A stretch of 64,000 nucleotides of DNA from Lachnospiraceae bacterium (GTDB lineage Bacteria; Bacillota; Clostridia; Lachnospirales; Lachnospiraceae), in NCBI GenBank assembly GCA_017624495.1, contig JAGAMY010000005.1, forward strand, positions 6,433-70,432, given 5' to 3'. A program made the position numbers and the translations under genes. A model generated the notes under the pieces. It saw only the letters and a program-made list of their open reading frames with translations. It was not told the origin of the DNA and did no database searches. This document shows positions 38,116 to 48,926 of this stretch, one piece after another (position 1 is the first letter of the stretch; each line of letters begins with the position of its first letter).

Positions 38116-38930
38116 TGGCAAAAAAGAGAAAAGAAGACCCGCCAAAAGGTTCGCCAGCGTGGATGACAACGTTCAGTGATTTGATGAACTTGTTGTTATG
38201 TTTCTTCGTATTGCTTTTTTCGATGTCAACTGTTGATGCAGAAAAGTTTGAAATGGTAGTTGCGTCTTTGCAAAGCAGTTTCAGCGTTTTGCCGTCGGGC
38301 GGTTCTTCGATAGGTGAAGGCAGATTGATATCATCAGGAATCAGTCAGCTGGAGAATTTTAGTTTGTTTTTTGAACAAAACAATTCTGAAAGCGAAGAAG
38401 TAGAAGAGGTGGAAGAAGAAGCTGAAAAAGATGTGCTGGAAGAATTTGAAGAAGAAATGCTGAAAGAGTCTGAAGAAATGGCAGAAGAAATCAGCGAGCA
38501 GGTGGTGCAATATGGTATTCAGGATCAGGTAGAGGTTGATTTTAATGCACAATATGTATTACTTACTTTGAATGGTGCACTGTTGTTCGATTCTGGTAAG
38601 TCAGAAATTCGACAGGATGCATATCCTTTGGTGGATAAAATTGGTGCAATACTGAATACTTACACCAGCAATATTATAGAAATTGAAGGACATACCGATA
38701 ATGTTCCGATTTCGAATGAAAAGTATAAGAATAATGATGTGCTTTCGATGTATAGAGCGTTAAATGTGGCGGATTATATACGCAGTAAAACAGAGTTGAA
38801 TCCGGGATTGCTCAAGTCTTCGGGACGAGGAGAGTATGTGCCGGTTGCGGATAATGCAACACCGGAAGGCAGGGCTCGAAATCGAAGAGTAGAAATTAAA
38901 GTTTATAACTCGTATAGTTCCAAAAAATAA
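38115..38930 (+). CDS. motB: Flagellar stator B subunit (MotB/PomB/MotS)
   Basis: WMTTFSDLMNLLLCFFVLLFSMS; OmpA-like domain IEGHTD...RARNRRVEI. Confidence 0.95.
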   Translation: MAKKRKEDPPKGSPAWMTTFSDLMNLLLCFFVLLFSMSTVDAEKFEMVVASLQSSFSVLPSGGSSIGEGRLISSGISQLENFSLFFEQNNSESEEVEEVEEEAEKDVLEEFEEEMLKESEEMAEEISEQVVQYGIQDQVEVDFNAQYVLLTLNGALLFDSGKSEIRQDAYPLVDKIGAILNTYTSNIIEIEGHTDNVPISNEKYKNNDVLSMYRALNVADYIRSKTELNPGLLKSSGRGEYVPVADNATPEGRARNRRVEIKVYNSYSSKK

Positions 38931-38951
38931 AATAAAGAAAGGAATAAGTAT

Positions 38952-39464
38952 ATGAAAAAGAATCTTATGACAGTGGTTATACTTGCGTTAGTTCTGGTGA
39001 ATTTGATTTTAACTGCTGTTATGACAATTACAATTTTACCAGAAACAAAAAAAGCGAATGAGTTAATCACGCAAGTGTGTACAGCTATTAATCTTGAATT
39101 AAAGAGTGGTTCGGTTACATCTGATGCGATGAGTGTTCCGATTGATAAACTGGCTACACATGATATCGGTGAGATGACAATTAATTTAAAAACAGATGAA
39201 GATGGTACACAGCACTATGCAGTACTTAGTGTTTCGCTTTCTATGAATACAGAAAGTGAAGGCTATGAAGAGTATGGTGAAACTATGGCGGAAAAAGAAA
39301 GTTTAATTAAGAGTGAAATTAATTCGATTGTATCCGGTTATACATATGAAGAGTTGATAACAGATCAGCAGGGTGTTCAGAATGAAATATTAGCAGATTT
39401 ACAAAAATTATTTAATTCTGATTTTATTGTAAGTATTGGATTCCCGAAATTTACTTGTCAATAA
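38952..39464 (+). CDS. fliL: Flagellar basal body protein FliL
   Basis: N-terminal TM, MTINL motif; lies between motB and fliM. Confidence 0.88.
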   Translation: MKKNLMTVVILALVLVNLILTAVMTITILPETKKANELITQVCTAINLELKSGSVTSDAMSVPIDKLATHDIGEMTINLKTDEDGTQHYAVLSVSLSMNTESEGYEEYGETMAEKESLIKSEINSIVSGYTYEELITDQQGVQNEILADLQKLFNSDFIVSIGFPKFTCQ

Positions 39465-39511
39465 TAAAAAATTGTAGAAGAGAAAACGCATTAGGCGGGT
39501 GGTGAAAATTC

Positions 39512-40492
39512 ATGGGTGAAGTGTTATCCCAGAACGAGATAGACCGGTTGCTGAAAGCATACAGCGACGGTGAATTAGATGTTGATGAGATGAAGGATGA
39601 GTCTGATAAACAGGTGAAGAATTACGATTTTAAACGACCATCTAAATTCTCAAAGGAACATTTAAGAACTTTGGAAATTATATTTGAACATTATGGAAGA
39701 CTTCTTTCTACAAATCTTCCGGTATATTTGAGGAAAAGTGTTCAGGTTGAGGTGATGAACTCTGAAGCTGTTACTTATTCAGAGTTTTCAAATGCCCTTT
39801 CCAATCCGGTTTTACTGGGAGTAGTAGATATGGAGCCATTAAGTGGCAATATTATTCTTGAGGTTGCATCTAATCTTGGTTATTCAATTGTGGATCGTAT
39901 GCTGGGTGGAGTAGGGCAACCGTTGGACAAAACAAGAGATTTTTCGGAGATTGAGTTGCTTATTATAGAACGTATTTTAACAATATGTGTTGAGTTGTTG
40001 AGCGATCCATGGCAAAATGTAGTCGAGATAAATCCAAGGTTGGAAAGAATTGAAACAAATTCACAGTTTGCACAGATTATTTCTCCAAATGAAATGATTG
40101 CGATTGTGACGATTAATGTAAGAATCGGTGATGTTGAAGGATTGATGAATGTTTGTCTTCCGTTTATGACATTAGAACCGGTTATGGATAAATTGAATAC
40201 GAAGTTCTGGTATTCAAATATCAAGAAGAGTGATGAAATTGAGTATACAGAAGTGATTGAGAGTTTGATTTCAAGAGCGACTGTACCAATCAAGGCGTAT
40301 TTGGGAAGAAGTACTGTTTCTGTACAGGACTTTACAAATCTTCAGGTTGGGGATATTATCCGACTGGATACGAAAGTAGACCAGGAGTTGGATATATATG
40401 TTGGTAATATTCATAAGTTTTCTGCGTTGCCTGGGGCATCAGGTGATAAATATGCAGTAAGAGTTACATCAGTAATCAGAGAGGAGCAATAG
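39512..40492 (+). CDS. fliM: Flagellar motor switch protein FliM
   Basis: [36 protein letters not shown]. Confidence 0.96.
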   Translation: MGEVLSQNEIDRLLKAYSDGELDVDEMKDESDKQVKNYDFKRPSKFSKEHLRTLEIIFEHYGRLLSTNLPVYLRKSVQVEVMNSEAVTYSEFSNALSNPVLLGVVDMEPLSGNIILEVASNLGYSIVDRMLGGVGQPLDKTRDFSEIELLIIERILTICVELLSDPWQNVVEINPRLERIETNSQFAQIISPNEMIAIVTINVRIGDVEGLMNVCLPFMTLEPVMDKLNTKFWYSNIKKSDEIEYTEVIESLISRATVPIKAYLGRSTVSVQDFTNLQVGDIIRLDTKVDQELDIYVGNIHKFSALPGASGDKYAVRVTSVIREEQ

Positions 40493-40496
40493 AGTA

Positions 40497-41672
40497 ATGG
40501 ATGGAATGTTATCACAGGAAGAGATTAATGCCCTGCTGAATGAATCGGGAGGTTCTCTGGATAGTGTTAGTGAACAACCGCTTTCTGATTCTGAAAAAGA
40601 TGCGGTCGGTGAGATTGCGAATATCAGTATGGGAACAGCAGCAACTACATTGTTTTCGCTTGTAAATAGAAAAGTGGAGATTTCCACACCAGTAGTTTCT
40701 TTCGCTACATGGGACGATATTGTTGCTGCGTATGAGAAACCGTGTGTATTTATTCGGATTGCATACACAGTTGGTTTGGATGGAAGCAATATTTTAGTTT
40801 TAAAAGAACATGATGTGAAGGTAATCACTGATTTGATGATGGGTGGCGATGGCACAAATGTAGATGAAACCGAATTGACGGAATTACATCTAAGTGCGAT
40901 TAGCGAAGCGATGAATCAGATGATGGGTTCTGCGGCAACATCTATGTCATCTATGTTAAATAAAATGATTGACATAAGTCCGCCAGAAGCAGATATTATT
41001 GATTTAGCAGATACTGTGGATGAAAGAGAAATTGATAAATTCCTTGCAGGTCAGTTTGTGAAGATTTCTTTCAGAATGCAGATAGGTGATTTGGTAGATA
41101 GCCAGTTGATGCAGTTATACCCATTTTCCTTTGCAAGAGAGATGTATTCTAGTATATCTAAGAATATGGAAATGGATGCAGATACAAATTCGGCATCTGC
41201 GAAAGCAGAAAGTGCGGCACCAGCTGCAGCACCACAGCAGATGGCAGCACCGGGACAGGAGCAGCCTATGGCAGCACCACAGCAGATGGCACAACCAATG
41301 ATGGATCCGTCTATGATGATGGGACAGCCGATGATGCAGCCAATGATGCAACCGATGATGCAGCCAATGATGCAACCGGTAAATGTACAGCCGGCACAGT
41401 TTCAGGCGTTTAGTCAGGGTATAAGCCCTGCGTTACAGTCGGAGAACATCGATTTAATTATGGATGTTCCAATGGATGTAACTGTAGAATTGGGAAGAAC
41501 AAGTAAATCTATTCAGGAAATATTGGATTTTACACCAGGAACAATCATAGAATTAAATAAGATTGCAGGTGAACCAATAGATATACTTGTAAATGGAAAA
41601 TATGTAGCCAAGGGTGAAGTTGTTGTTATTGAAGAAAACTTTGGTGTTAGAATTACAGAAATTGTTAAATAA
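40497..41672 (+). CDS. fliY: Flagellar motor switch phosphatase FliY
   Basis: [10 protein letters not shown], two CheC-like motifs (EIAN, EAMN), FliN C-terminal domain [17 protein letters not shown]. Confidence 0.95.
   Translation: MDGMLSQEEINALLNESGGSLDSVSEQPLSDSEKDAVGEIANISMGTAATTLFSLVNRKVEISTPVVSFATWDDIVAAYEKPCVFIRIAYTVGLDGSNILVLKEHDVKVITDLMMGGDGTNVDETELTELHLSAISEAMNQMMGSAATSMSSMLNKMIDISPPEADIIDLADTVDEREIDKFLAGQFVKISFRMQIGDLVDSQLMQLYPFSFAREMYSSISKNMEMDADTNSASAKAESAAPAAAPQQMAAPGQEQPMAAPQQMAQPMMDPSMMMGQPMMQPMMQPMMQPMMQPVNVQPAQFQAFSQGISPALQSENIDLIMDVPMDVTVELGRTSKSIQEILDFTPGTIIELNKIAGEPIDILVNGKYVAKGEVVVIEENFGVRITEIVK
41325..41378 (+). repeat. 12-bp tandem repeat (4.5 copies) encoding QPMM in the FliY linker
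   Basis: CAGCCGATGATG CAGCCAATGATG CAACCGATGATG CAGCCAATGATG CAACCG. Confidence 0.85.
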
Positions 41673-41691
41673 AAGATAGGAGAAAAAGAAG

Positions 41692-42054
41692 ATGGCAAAA
41701 AATATTTTAATTTGTGATGATGCAGCGTTTATGCGTATGATGATTAAAGATATTTTAACAAAAAATGGTTATAATATCGCAGGAGAAGCAGAAAATGGTG
41801 CGAAGGCTGTGGAAAAATATAATGAAACAAAGCCGGATCTTGTGCTTATGGATATTACTATGCCAGAGATGGATGGAATTCAGGCATTAAAGAATATCAA
41901 AGCAGCAGACCCGAACGCATGCGTTATTATGTGTTCTGCTATGGGACAGCAGGCAATGGTTATTGAAGCTATTCAGTCAGGTGCAAAGGACTTTATCGTT
42001 AAACCGTTCCAGGCTGAGCGTGTATTAGAAGCAGTTAAGAAGGTAGTAGGTTAA
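41692..42054 (+). CDS. cheY: Chemotaxis response regulator CheY
   Basis: DDAAFMRMMIKDIL, MDITMPEMDG, CSAMGQQAMV, VKPF. Confidence 0.96.
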   Translation: MAKNILICDDAAFMRMMIKDILTKNGYNIAGEAENGAKAVEKYNETKPDLVLMDITMPEMDGIQALKNIKAADPNACVIMCSAMGQQAMVIEAIQSGAKDFIVKPFQAERVLEAVKKVVG

Positions 42055-42060
42055 TATAAA

Positions 42061-42435
42061 ATGGCAGTAGTGCTGACTTCTTCTTTTGAGAATATTTTGC
42101 GATTGATAAGTGTGTTAGTAATATTTGTTTTTGTACTTTTTCTTACTTATATTACTACACGCTGGATTGCAAATTATCAGAAAGAACATAGTTTTAATAG
42201 AAATCTTGAAGTGGTAGAAACTTTAAAGATTACACCAAATAAATATATACAGATTGTTAGAGCAGGGGAAGAGTACCTTGTGATTGCAATTGGCAAAGAT
42301 GAAGTACAGTTACTGACCCGATTGACAAAAGAACAATTGGCAGAAGTACCAGTGCCTGTGAATACCATGGGTGTATCTGCTGATAGTTTTAAAGATGTTT
42401 TGGAAAGTATAAAAAAACGCTTACCAAAGAAATAG
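42061..42435 (+). CDS. fliO: Flagellar biosynthesis protein FliO/FliZ
   Basis: N-terminal TM, then LEVVETL.I.PNKYIQIVRAG..YLVIAI. Confidence 0.88.
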   Translation: MAVVLTSSFENILRLISVLVIFVFVLFLTYITTRWIANYQKEHSFNRNLEVVETLKITPNKYIQIVRAGEEYLVIAIGKDEVQLLTRLTKEQLAEVPVPVNTMGVSADSFKDVLESIKKRLPKK

Positions 42436-42448
42436 ACCAGGATGAATT

Positions 42449-43360
42449 ATGAGTAAATATAAAAAGTCATATTGTAAATTGTCTGTGGTTTTTGCGATAT
42501 TTGTAATGCTTATTACACTTGTGTTTGCAAAAGGACAGGATGTTTATGCGACAGGGACAGCCAATAGTACAATTCCGGAAGGAACTGTGTCTGAAAATGG
42601 TACTGCAGAAGATGAAATAGATGTGCCTACAGGTGCTGATATTGCTGAACCGGATGTGATTAGCGGTGGTGATTTAGAAAGTGCGACATCAGACGAAGTA
42701 AATGGTGTTAGTATTATTTATAATAATGATGAGGGCACTTTGTCTGGCTCATTAAGAATATTGCTGGTGCTTACGGTTATAGCTTTAGCACCATCACTTC
42801 TTATTATGCTGACATCCTATACACGAATTATTATTGTATTTCATTTTTTGCGTTCGGCGATTGGTACGCAGACAGCTCCGCCTAATCAAGTACTGATAGG
42901 GTTAGCACTGTTTTTAACCTTTTTTATTATGAATCCTGTATTTACAGAGATTAATGAAAAAGCTATAAAGCCTTTTGATGCAAATGAAATTACACAGGAA
43001 GAAGCAATCGAAATCGGCAGTCAGCCGTTGCGGGAATTCATGAATGGTCAGGTGCAGATTAAGGATATTGATTTGTTTATTGAAATTTCCGGACAGACTT
43101 ATGAAAGTTATGAAGAAGTTCCGTTTTCAATTTTAATTCCGGCATTTATTATTAGTGAACTTCGGGCAGCATTCATTATTGGATTTTTGATTTATATTCC
43201 ATTTATTGTTATTGATATGGTAGTGGCATCGATACTTATGTCCATGGGTATGATGATGTTGCCGCCAACAACGATTTCTTTGCCGTTTAAGATTTTACTA
43301 TTTATATTGGCAGATGGATGGAATTTGGTAATAGGAAGTTTGGTAAAAACTTTCTATTGA
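42449..43360 (+). CDS. fliP: Flagellar export pore protein FliP (extended N-terminus)
   Basis: LTSYTRIII, PPNQVLIGLALFLT, PFIVIDMVVAS.LMSMGMMMLPP, DGWNLV. Confidence 0.96.
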   Translation: MSKYKKSYCKLSVVFAIFVMLITLVFAKGQDVYATGTANSTIPEGTVSENGTAEDEIDVPTGADIAEPDVISGGDLESATSDEVNGVSIIYNNDEGTLSGSLRILLVLTVIALAPSLLIMLTSYTRIIIVFHFLRSAIGTQTAPPNQVLIGLALFLTFFIMNPVFTEINEKAIKPFDANEITQEEAIEIGSQPLREFMNGQVQIKDIDLFIEISGQTYESYEEVPFSILIPAFIISELRAAFIIGFLIYIPFIVIDMVVASILMSMGMMMLPPTTISLPFKILLFILADGWNLVIGSLVKTFY

Positions 43361-43404
43361 TGAAGCATATTAATGGGCAGTAAAGAGAGTTGGAGGTGGA
43401 GCAG

Positions 43405-43677
43405 ATGATTTCAGAAGGTGATGTGATAGTTATAGCAAAAGAGGCTATCTACACAATCATAATGGCAGCTGCTCCGTTATTACTGATTTCTTTGATAGTT
43501 GGATTAGTTATCAGTATATTTCAGACTGTTACATCTATTCAGGAGCAGACATTGACGTTTGTTCCTAAGATTGTAGCTGTTTTTGTGGGGATTATGGTAT
43601 TTGGTTCATGGATGTTAAATGAGATGTCAGACTATATGATACGTTTATGGACAGACTTTAGTATATACTTGAGTTAG
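43405..43677 (+). CDS. fliQ: Flagellar export protein FliQ
   Basis: GLVISIFQTVTSIQEQTLTFVPKI. Confidence 0.96.
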   Translation: MISEGDVIVIAKEAIYTIIMAAAPLLLISLIVGLVISIFQTVTSIQEQTLTFVPKIVAVFVGIMVFGSWMLNEMSDYMIRLWTDFSIYLS

Positions 43678-43684
43678 GTAGATT

Positions 43685-44470
43685 ATGGTTGATTATAGCT
43701 TTTCATTAATTACATTTGAATATTTTTTATTGATTTTGGTCCGCATATCCTGTTTTGTTTTCATCGCTCCTTTTTTTGGTATGAAAAATACGCCAGGTCG
43801 AGTGAAAATTGGTTTTTCTTTCTTTGTTTCCCTGATTTTATATCATGTTCTTCCAAAAGAAAGTTTAGAATATACAGGGATTGTCGGTTATTCCATAATC
43901 GTTATTAAAGAAGGAATTACAGGATTGCTTATTGGTTATGGAGCAAACATATGTAATTCCATTATTTTATTAGCCGGTAATTTGATTGATATGAATATTG
44001 GCTTATCTATGGCACAGGAATACAATCCACAGACGCAGACACAGGCGAGTGTCAGTGGTAATTTCTATTATTATTTGGTGTTGATGCTGCTTATTATTAC
44101 AAATATGCATCATTACATATTGCGTGCTTTAACGGATGCATATCAGTTGATTCCTGTAAATGGGCAGATTTTTCAGATGGATTATCTTTTGCAGGGAATG
44201 TTGACGTATATATTGGATTCATTTGTTATTGCATTTCGGATTACACTTCCGATTTTTGCCTGTATTATGATATTAAACTGTATTTTGGGCATTATGGCGA
44301 AGGTTTCGCCGCAGATGAATATGTTTGCCGTGGGTATGCAGCTAAAAGTTTTAGTTGGACTTGTAATTATGCTTATAACAGTTGGATTGATGGTAAATGT
44401 TTCAGATTTTATTTTTGAAGAAATGAAGAGAACTATCGTATCCATGATAAAAGGAATGTATGAAAGTTGA
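43685..44470 (+). CDS. fliR: Flagellar export protein FliR
   Basis: Polytopic membrane protein; AGNLIDMNIGLS, LGIMAKVSPQMNMF. Confidence 0.94.
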   Translation: MVDYSFSLITFEYFLLILVRISCFVFIAPFFGMKNTPGRVKIGFSFFVSLILYHVLPKESLEYTGIVGYSIIVIKEGITGLLIGYGANICNSIILLAGNLIDMNIGLSMAQEYNPQTQTQASVSGNFYYYLVLMLLIITNMHHYILRALTDAYQLIPVNGQIFQMDYLLQGMLTYILDSFVIAFRITLPIFACIMILNCILGIMAKVSPQMNMFAVGMQLKVLVGLVIMLITVGLMVNVSDFIFEEMKRTIVSMIKGMYES

Positions 44471-45594
44471 CAGAATGGGATAGAAAACTACTTGTATATA
44501 ATCTCCAGTGGTTTGCAAAGGATGGACCGGGTGGAGAGAAGACGGAAGAACCTACATCCAAAAGGCTGGATGATGCCAGAAAAGATGGTAAGGTTGCAAA
44601 AAGCAAAGAATTAACAGCAGCGTTTGATTTGATTGTATTATTTTTGGTTTTGAAAATTTTTATGTCGTCTGTATATGATGGGTTCTTGGGTGTTTTCTCA
44701 TTTGTATATGTTCGCATACCGGATTTTCTGGAAAATAATTCGCAATATGTAAGTGGACGAAGTATAGCTTCATTTTTGTTTCCTGTCATTTTAGATATGG
44801 GAAAGATTGTTCTGCCGTTCTTTCTATTGGGTTTTGCGGTTTGTGTGCTGATAAGTATTTTGCAGGTTGGCTGGAAGGTTACAGCAAAGCCTATGGAGCC
44901 TAAATTGGATAAATTTAATCCAATTAATGGGTTTAAAAGAATTTTTTCCAAAGATTCACTATTTGAATTGTTAAAATCTATTGTTAAAATTGGTGTAATT
45001 GCATATGTTGCCTATACATCAGTGAAAGCGAATGCAGAAGATTTATTTGTGTTATATGATATTCCTTTAATGCAGGCGGTTATTCTTGTGGGTGAAGTGA
45101 TTTTAGATGCGGGATTAAAAATAGGTATTGTTTATCTCGTGGTTGGAATTGCAGATTTTATATATCAGAAACATAAATTCCACGAAGAAATGAAGATGAC
45201 CAAGCAGGAAATAAAGGATGAAATGAAAAATACAGAGGGAAGTCCGGAAACAAAAGGGCGTCAGAGGCAGGCAATGCGCGAAGCTTCCAGACGTCGTATG
45301 ATGCAGGATGTTCCGAAGGCAGATGTGATTATTACAAACCCGACGCATTTATCAGTAGCTTTAAAGTATGATGCAAATGAGTCAAGGGCGCCAATTGTAT
45401 TAGCTAAGGGTGAAGATCATCTGGCTATGAAGATTAGAGAAGTAGCGAAAGAAAATAACATTGAAATTGTTGAAAATAAACCATTAGCCCGTATGTTATA
45501 TGCAAATGTGGATATTGGGCAGGAAATCCCCCCCGAATTGTATCAGGCGGTAGCAGAAGTTCTGGCAATGGTATATAACTTAAAGAATAACTAG
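44467..45594 (+). CDS. flhB: Flagellar export switch protein FlhB
   Basis: EKTEEPT.KRL.DARK.G.V.KS, NPTH autocleavage motif, LAKG, LYQAVAEVLA. Confidence 0.97.
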   Translation: MTEWDRKLLVYNLQWFAKDGPGGEKTEEPTSKRLDDARKDGKVAKSKELTAAFDLIVLFLVLKIFMSSVYDGFLGVFSFVYVRIPDFLENNSQYVSGRSIASFLFPVILDMGKIVLPFFLLGFAVCVLISILQVGWKVTAKPMEPKLDKFNPINGFKRIFSKDSLFELLKSIVKIGVIAYVAYTSVKANAEDLFVLYDIPLMQAVILVGEVILDAGLKIGIVYLVVGIADFIYQKHKFHEEMKMTKQEIKDEMKNTEGSPETKGRQRQAMREASRRRMMQDVPKADVIITNPTHLSVALKYDANESRAPIVLAKGEDHLAMKIREVAKENNIEIVENKPLARMLYANVDIGQEIPPELYQAVAEVLAMVYNLKNN

Positions 45595-45608
45595 AAGGAG
45601 GAAATGAA

Positions 45609-47642
45609 ATGAAAAAAGCGGATATTGGTATAGCGTTATATCTGTTGGCAGCTGTAATTTTTTTCATTGTACCGATTCCTTCCATACTTCTGGATTTGAT
45701 GCTGGCAATTAATATTTCAATAGCATTGATAATTATGTTTAATGCATTGTTTGCAAAAGAAGTGTTGGATATGTCGTTTTTCCCGACATTACTGTTGTTT
45801 ACTACAATTTTCCGTATTTCTTTGAACGTGTCATCTACACGTTTAATTCTTACTACCGGAAATCCGGGTAATGTAGTAGAAACATTTGGTACTTTCGTGG
45901 GCGGCGGTGATTTAATTATCGGTGTGATTGTATTTATTGTTTTGATAATTATTCAGTTTGTCGTTATTAACAAAGGTTCAGAGCGTGTTGCAGAAGTAAC
46001 TGCACGATTTACATTAGATGCAATGCCGGGTAAACAGATGGCAATTGATGCAGATCTGAATACAGGTACGATTACAGAAAAGGAGGCTAGAGCACGACGA
46101 GAAAAGATTCAGGCAGAGTCTAGCTTCTTTGGTAACATGGATGGTGCGACAAAATACGTTAAAGGAGATGCTACAGCAGGTCTCATTATTACCTTTATCA
46201 ATATTATTGGCGGAACGGCAATGGGAATGACCAGACAGGGGTTAGAGTTTGGAGAGGCCATTCAGGAATATGGGATTCTTACTATTGGTGATGGACTTTG
46301 CAGCCAGATTCCTTCTCTATTGATTTCTCTTGCAACAGGTATTTTGGTAACAAAAGCTTCTAAAGAGGCAGATTTTGGTACAGTTCTTGTTAAGCAGCTT
46401 TTTGGTATGCCTAAAGTACTGTATCTCGTTGGTGCAACCATGGTTTTTCTTGGAGTAACAACGCCATTCCAGTGGTATTTATTTGTTGGACTTGGTGCAG
46501 CATTTATCATAGCTGGTTATAGTATTTCCAAAAATCTTGGTATTGAGCAGATTGAAGAAGAAGCAAGCATGGAAGAAACAGAAGCAGAAGAAGTGCGTAA
46601 ACCGGAAAATGTTGTATCCTTATTACAGGTTGATCCAATTGAGTTAGAGTTTGGATATGGTATTATTCCATTGGCAGATGTGAATCAGGGCGGTGATTTA
46701 TTAGACCGTGTAGTCATGATTCGTCGTCAGATAGCATTGGAGCTGGGGACTGTTGTACCGATTATCCGTTTGCGTGATAATATTCAGTTAAATCCAAATC
46801 AGTATATTATTAAAATTAAAGGTATTCAGGTCACTGAAGGGGAGATTCTTTTTGACCATTATATGGCAATGAATCCGGGATATGTAGAAGAAGAGATTAC
46901 AGGTATTCCAACCTTTGAACCATCTTTCCACTTGCCGGCAATCTGGATTACAGAGGGACAGCGTGAGCGTGCGGAGAGCTTAGGCTATACCGTTGTTGAT
47001 CCACCTTCTATTATTGCTACACATTTAACAGAGATTATTCGTACACATATTGACGAGTTACTTACCAGACAGGATGTACAGAATCTTGTTAATAATTTAA
47101 AAGAAAGCAATCCGGTACTGGTGGACGAGCTTGTACCAAAGTTACTTGGGCTTGGAGAAATCCAGAAGGTATTGCAGAATCTGCTGCGTGAAGGTGTTTC
47201 TATCCGCGACTTGCTTAGTATATTTGAAACACTTGCAGATCATGCTTCTTCAATGCGTGATACAGATGTGCTGACAGAATATGTAAGACAGAATTTGAAA
47301 AGAGCTATTTCAAGCAAGTATTTTGCACCAAATGAGGTGACAAGTGTGATTACTCTGGACCCAAAGTTAGAACAGGATATTATGGCATCTGTTAAACAGA
47401 CAGAACAGGGCGCATACTTAACTTTAGATCCGGAACGCACAAAGGCAATTATTAAATCGGTAGAAGCAGAAGTAGCAAAATTGGAAAATCTGGGAAAAAA
47501 TGCAATTATCATTACTTCTCCGATAGTAAGAATGTACTTCAAAAAGCTTACCGCCGATTATTTCAGAGATTTGATTGTTATATCTTATAACGAAGTTGAA
47601 TCTAATGTAGAATTACAGTCAGTTGGGATGGTGACAGGGTAA
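45609..47642 (+). CDS. flhA: Flagellar export gate protein FlhA
   Basis: GSERVAEVTARFTLDAMPGKQMAIDADL, MDGATKYVKGD. Confidence 0.98.
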   Translation: MKKADIGIALYLLAAVIFFIVPIPSILLDLMLAINISIALIIMFNALFAKEVLDMSFFPTLLLFTTIFRISLNVSSTRLILTTGNPGNVVETFGTFVGGGDLIIGVIVFIVLIIIQFVVINKGSERVAEVTARFTLDAMPGKQMAIDADLNTGTITEKEARARREKIQAESSFFGNMDGATKYVKGDATAGLIITFINIIGGTAMGMTRQGLEFGEAIQEYGILTIGDGLCSQIPSLLISLATGILVTKASKEADFGTVLVKQLFGMPKVLYLVGATMVFLGVTTPFQWYLFVGLGAAFIIAGYSISKNLGIEQIEEEASMEETEAEEVRKPENVVSLLQVDPIELEFGYGIIPLADVNQGGDLLDRVVMIRRQIALELGTVVPIIRLRDNIQLNPNQYIIKIKGIQVTEGEILFDHYMAMNPGYVEEEITGIPTFEPSFHLPAIWITEGQRERAESLGYTVVDPPSIIATHLTEIIRTHIDELLTRQDVQNLVNNLKESNPVLVDELVPKLLGLGEIQKVLQNLLREGVSIRDLLSIFETLADHASSMRDTDVLTEYVRQNLKRAISSKYFAPNEVTSVITLDPKLEQDIMASVKQTEQGAYLTLDPERTKAIIKSVEAEVAKLENLGKNAIIITSPIVRMYFKKLTADYFRDLIVISYNEVESNVELQSVGMVTG

Positions 47643-48923
47643 ATGACTATACAGAAGTTTCTAGGCAGAACGAAAGAAGAGGCAACTGAGCGGGCAAAAG
47701 CAGAGTTAGGAGAAAATGTTGTGATTATGAATGTGCGGGAAATAAAACCGAAGGGTTTGTTTTCTGTATTCAAAAAAGCAACCTATGAAGTGACTGCGGC
47801 AGTTGAAGAAAAAGAAAGTTATATGGATTCTTCTACAGCATTAAAAAATATGCATAAAATGCATGAAACGATTAATATGGCTGCGGACGAGCCTATACAT
47901 ATACCGCAGACGACAAGTAAAGAAATGGAGCAGGTAAAAGCTGAGCAGAGTGCAATTGAGTTTTTGCGCAGAAATGCAGATCTTCTGAAAAAAGAAGAGG
48001 TGGGTAATGCAGAACGCATAGAGGAAAAACTTGAAAATCTGCAAAGTATATTAGAAAAACAACTTTCTACAGAGAAAAAAGAGAGTCCTAAAGAACCGGA
48101 AGTGATAAAAGAGGACCCGAAGAAAAATGAAAGCCTTGCATTTGTAAAAGTTTTGTATGAAACATTAATTGATAATGAAGTAAATGAGAAATATGTGAAT
48201 CAGATTATGGATGAATTGGAAAAAGTGAATTGGAACAGCAGTAGTGTGGATTCCATTCTTTCCAATGTATATCAGAAAATGATTCTAAAATTTGGTGAAT
48301 CCCATGGCATAGAAGTTGATGGAAAGAAACCAAAAGTTGTTTTCTTCGTTGGACCAACCGGAGTGGGTAAAACAACAACTATTGCCAAAATTGCTTCAAA
48401 GTTAAAAGTTGAGCAGGAAAAAAAGGTGGCGTTTTTAACAGCAGATACCTATCGTATTGCGGCGGCAGAGCAGCTTCGTACCTATGCGAATATTTTAGAT
48501 ACATCGATAAATGTCATATATTCTTCGGAGGAATTAAATGCTGCGGTAGAAAAATTAGAAGATCATGATGTGATTATGATTGATACAACCGGTTTTTCTC
48601 ATAAGAGTGTCGCACAGAAAGAGGATACAAAAAAACTGATTCAAAGTATAGATGAACGATATGACAGTGAAGTTTATCTTGTTTTAAGTGCTACTACAAA
48701 ATATAAGGATTTAATCGAGATTTGTGATGTATACAAGGAAATTGCAGAATATAAACTGATTTTTACGAAGTTGGATGAAACGACAACGTATGGTAATGTT
48801 TTAAATATCAAATTGTATTCAGGTGCAGATGTTGCATATATCACGGCAGGACAGAGTGTTCCGGATGATATTGAAATTTTAAATTCACAGAAGATTGTTA
48901 AGCGGTTACTAGGAGGACGCTAG
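47643..48923 (+). CDS. flhF: SRP-family GTPase FlhF
   Basis: GPTGVGKTTTIAKIA, DTYRIAAAEQL, TKLDET, GQSVPDDI. Confidence 0.95.
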   Translation: MTIQKFLGRTKEEATERAKAELGENVVIMNVREIKPKGLFSVFKKATYEVTAAVEEKESYMDSSTALKNMHKMHETINMAADEPIHIPQTTSKEMEQVKAEQSAIEFLRRNADLLKKEEVGNAERIEEKLENLQSILEKQLSTEKKESPKEPEVIKEDPKKNESLAFVKVLYETLIDNEVNEKYVNQIMDELEKVNWNSSSVDSILSNVYQKMILKFGESHGIEVDGKKPKVVFFVGPTGVGKTTTIAKIASKLKVEQEKKVAFLTADTYRIAAAEQLRTYANILDTSINVIYSSEELNAAVEKLEDHDVIMIDTTGFSHKSVAQKEDTKKLIQSIDERYDSEVYLVLSATTKYKDLIEICDVYKEIAEYKLIFTKLDETTTYGNVLNIKLYSGADVAYITAGQSVPDDIEILNSQKIVKRLLGGR

Positions 48924-48926
48924 CCT

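Noticed and set aside
41115-41375. His/Trp-rich antisense ORF (MHHWLHHRL...)
   Set aside because: It is the reverse-strand shadow of the QPMM repeat in fliY.
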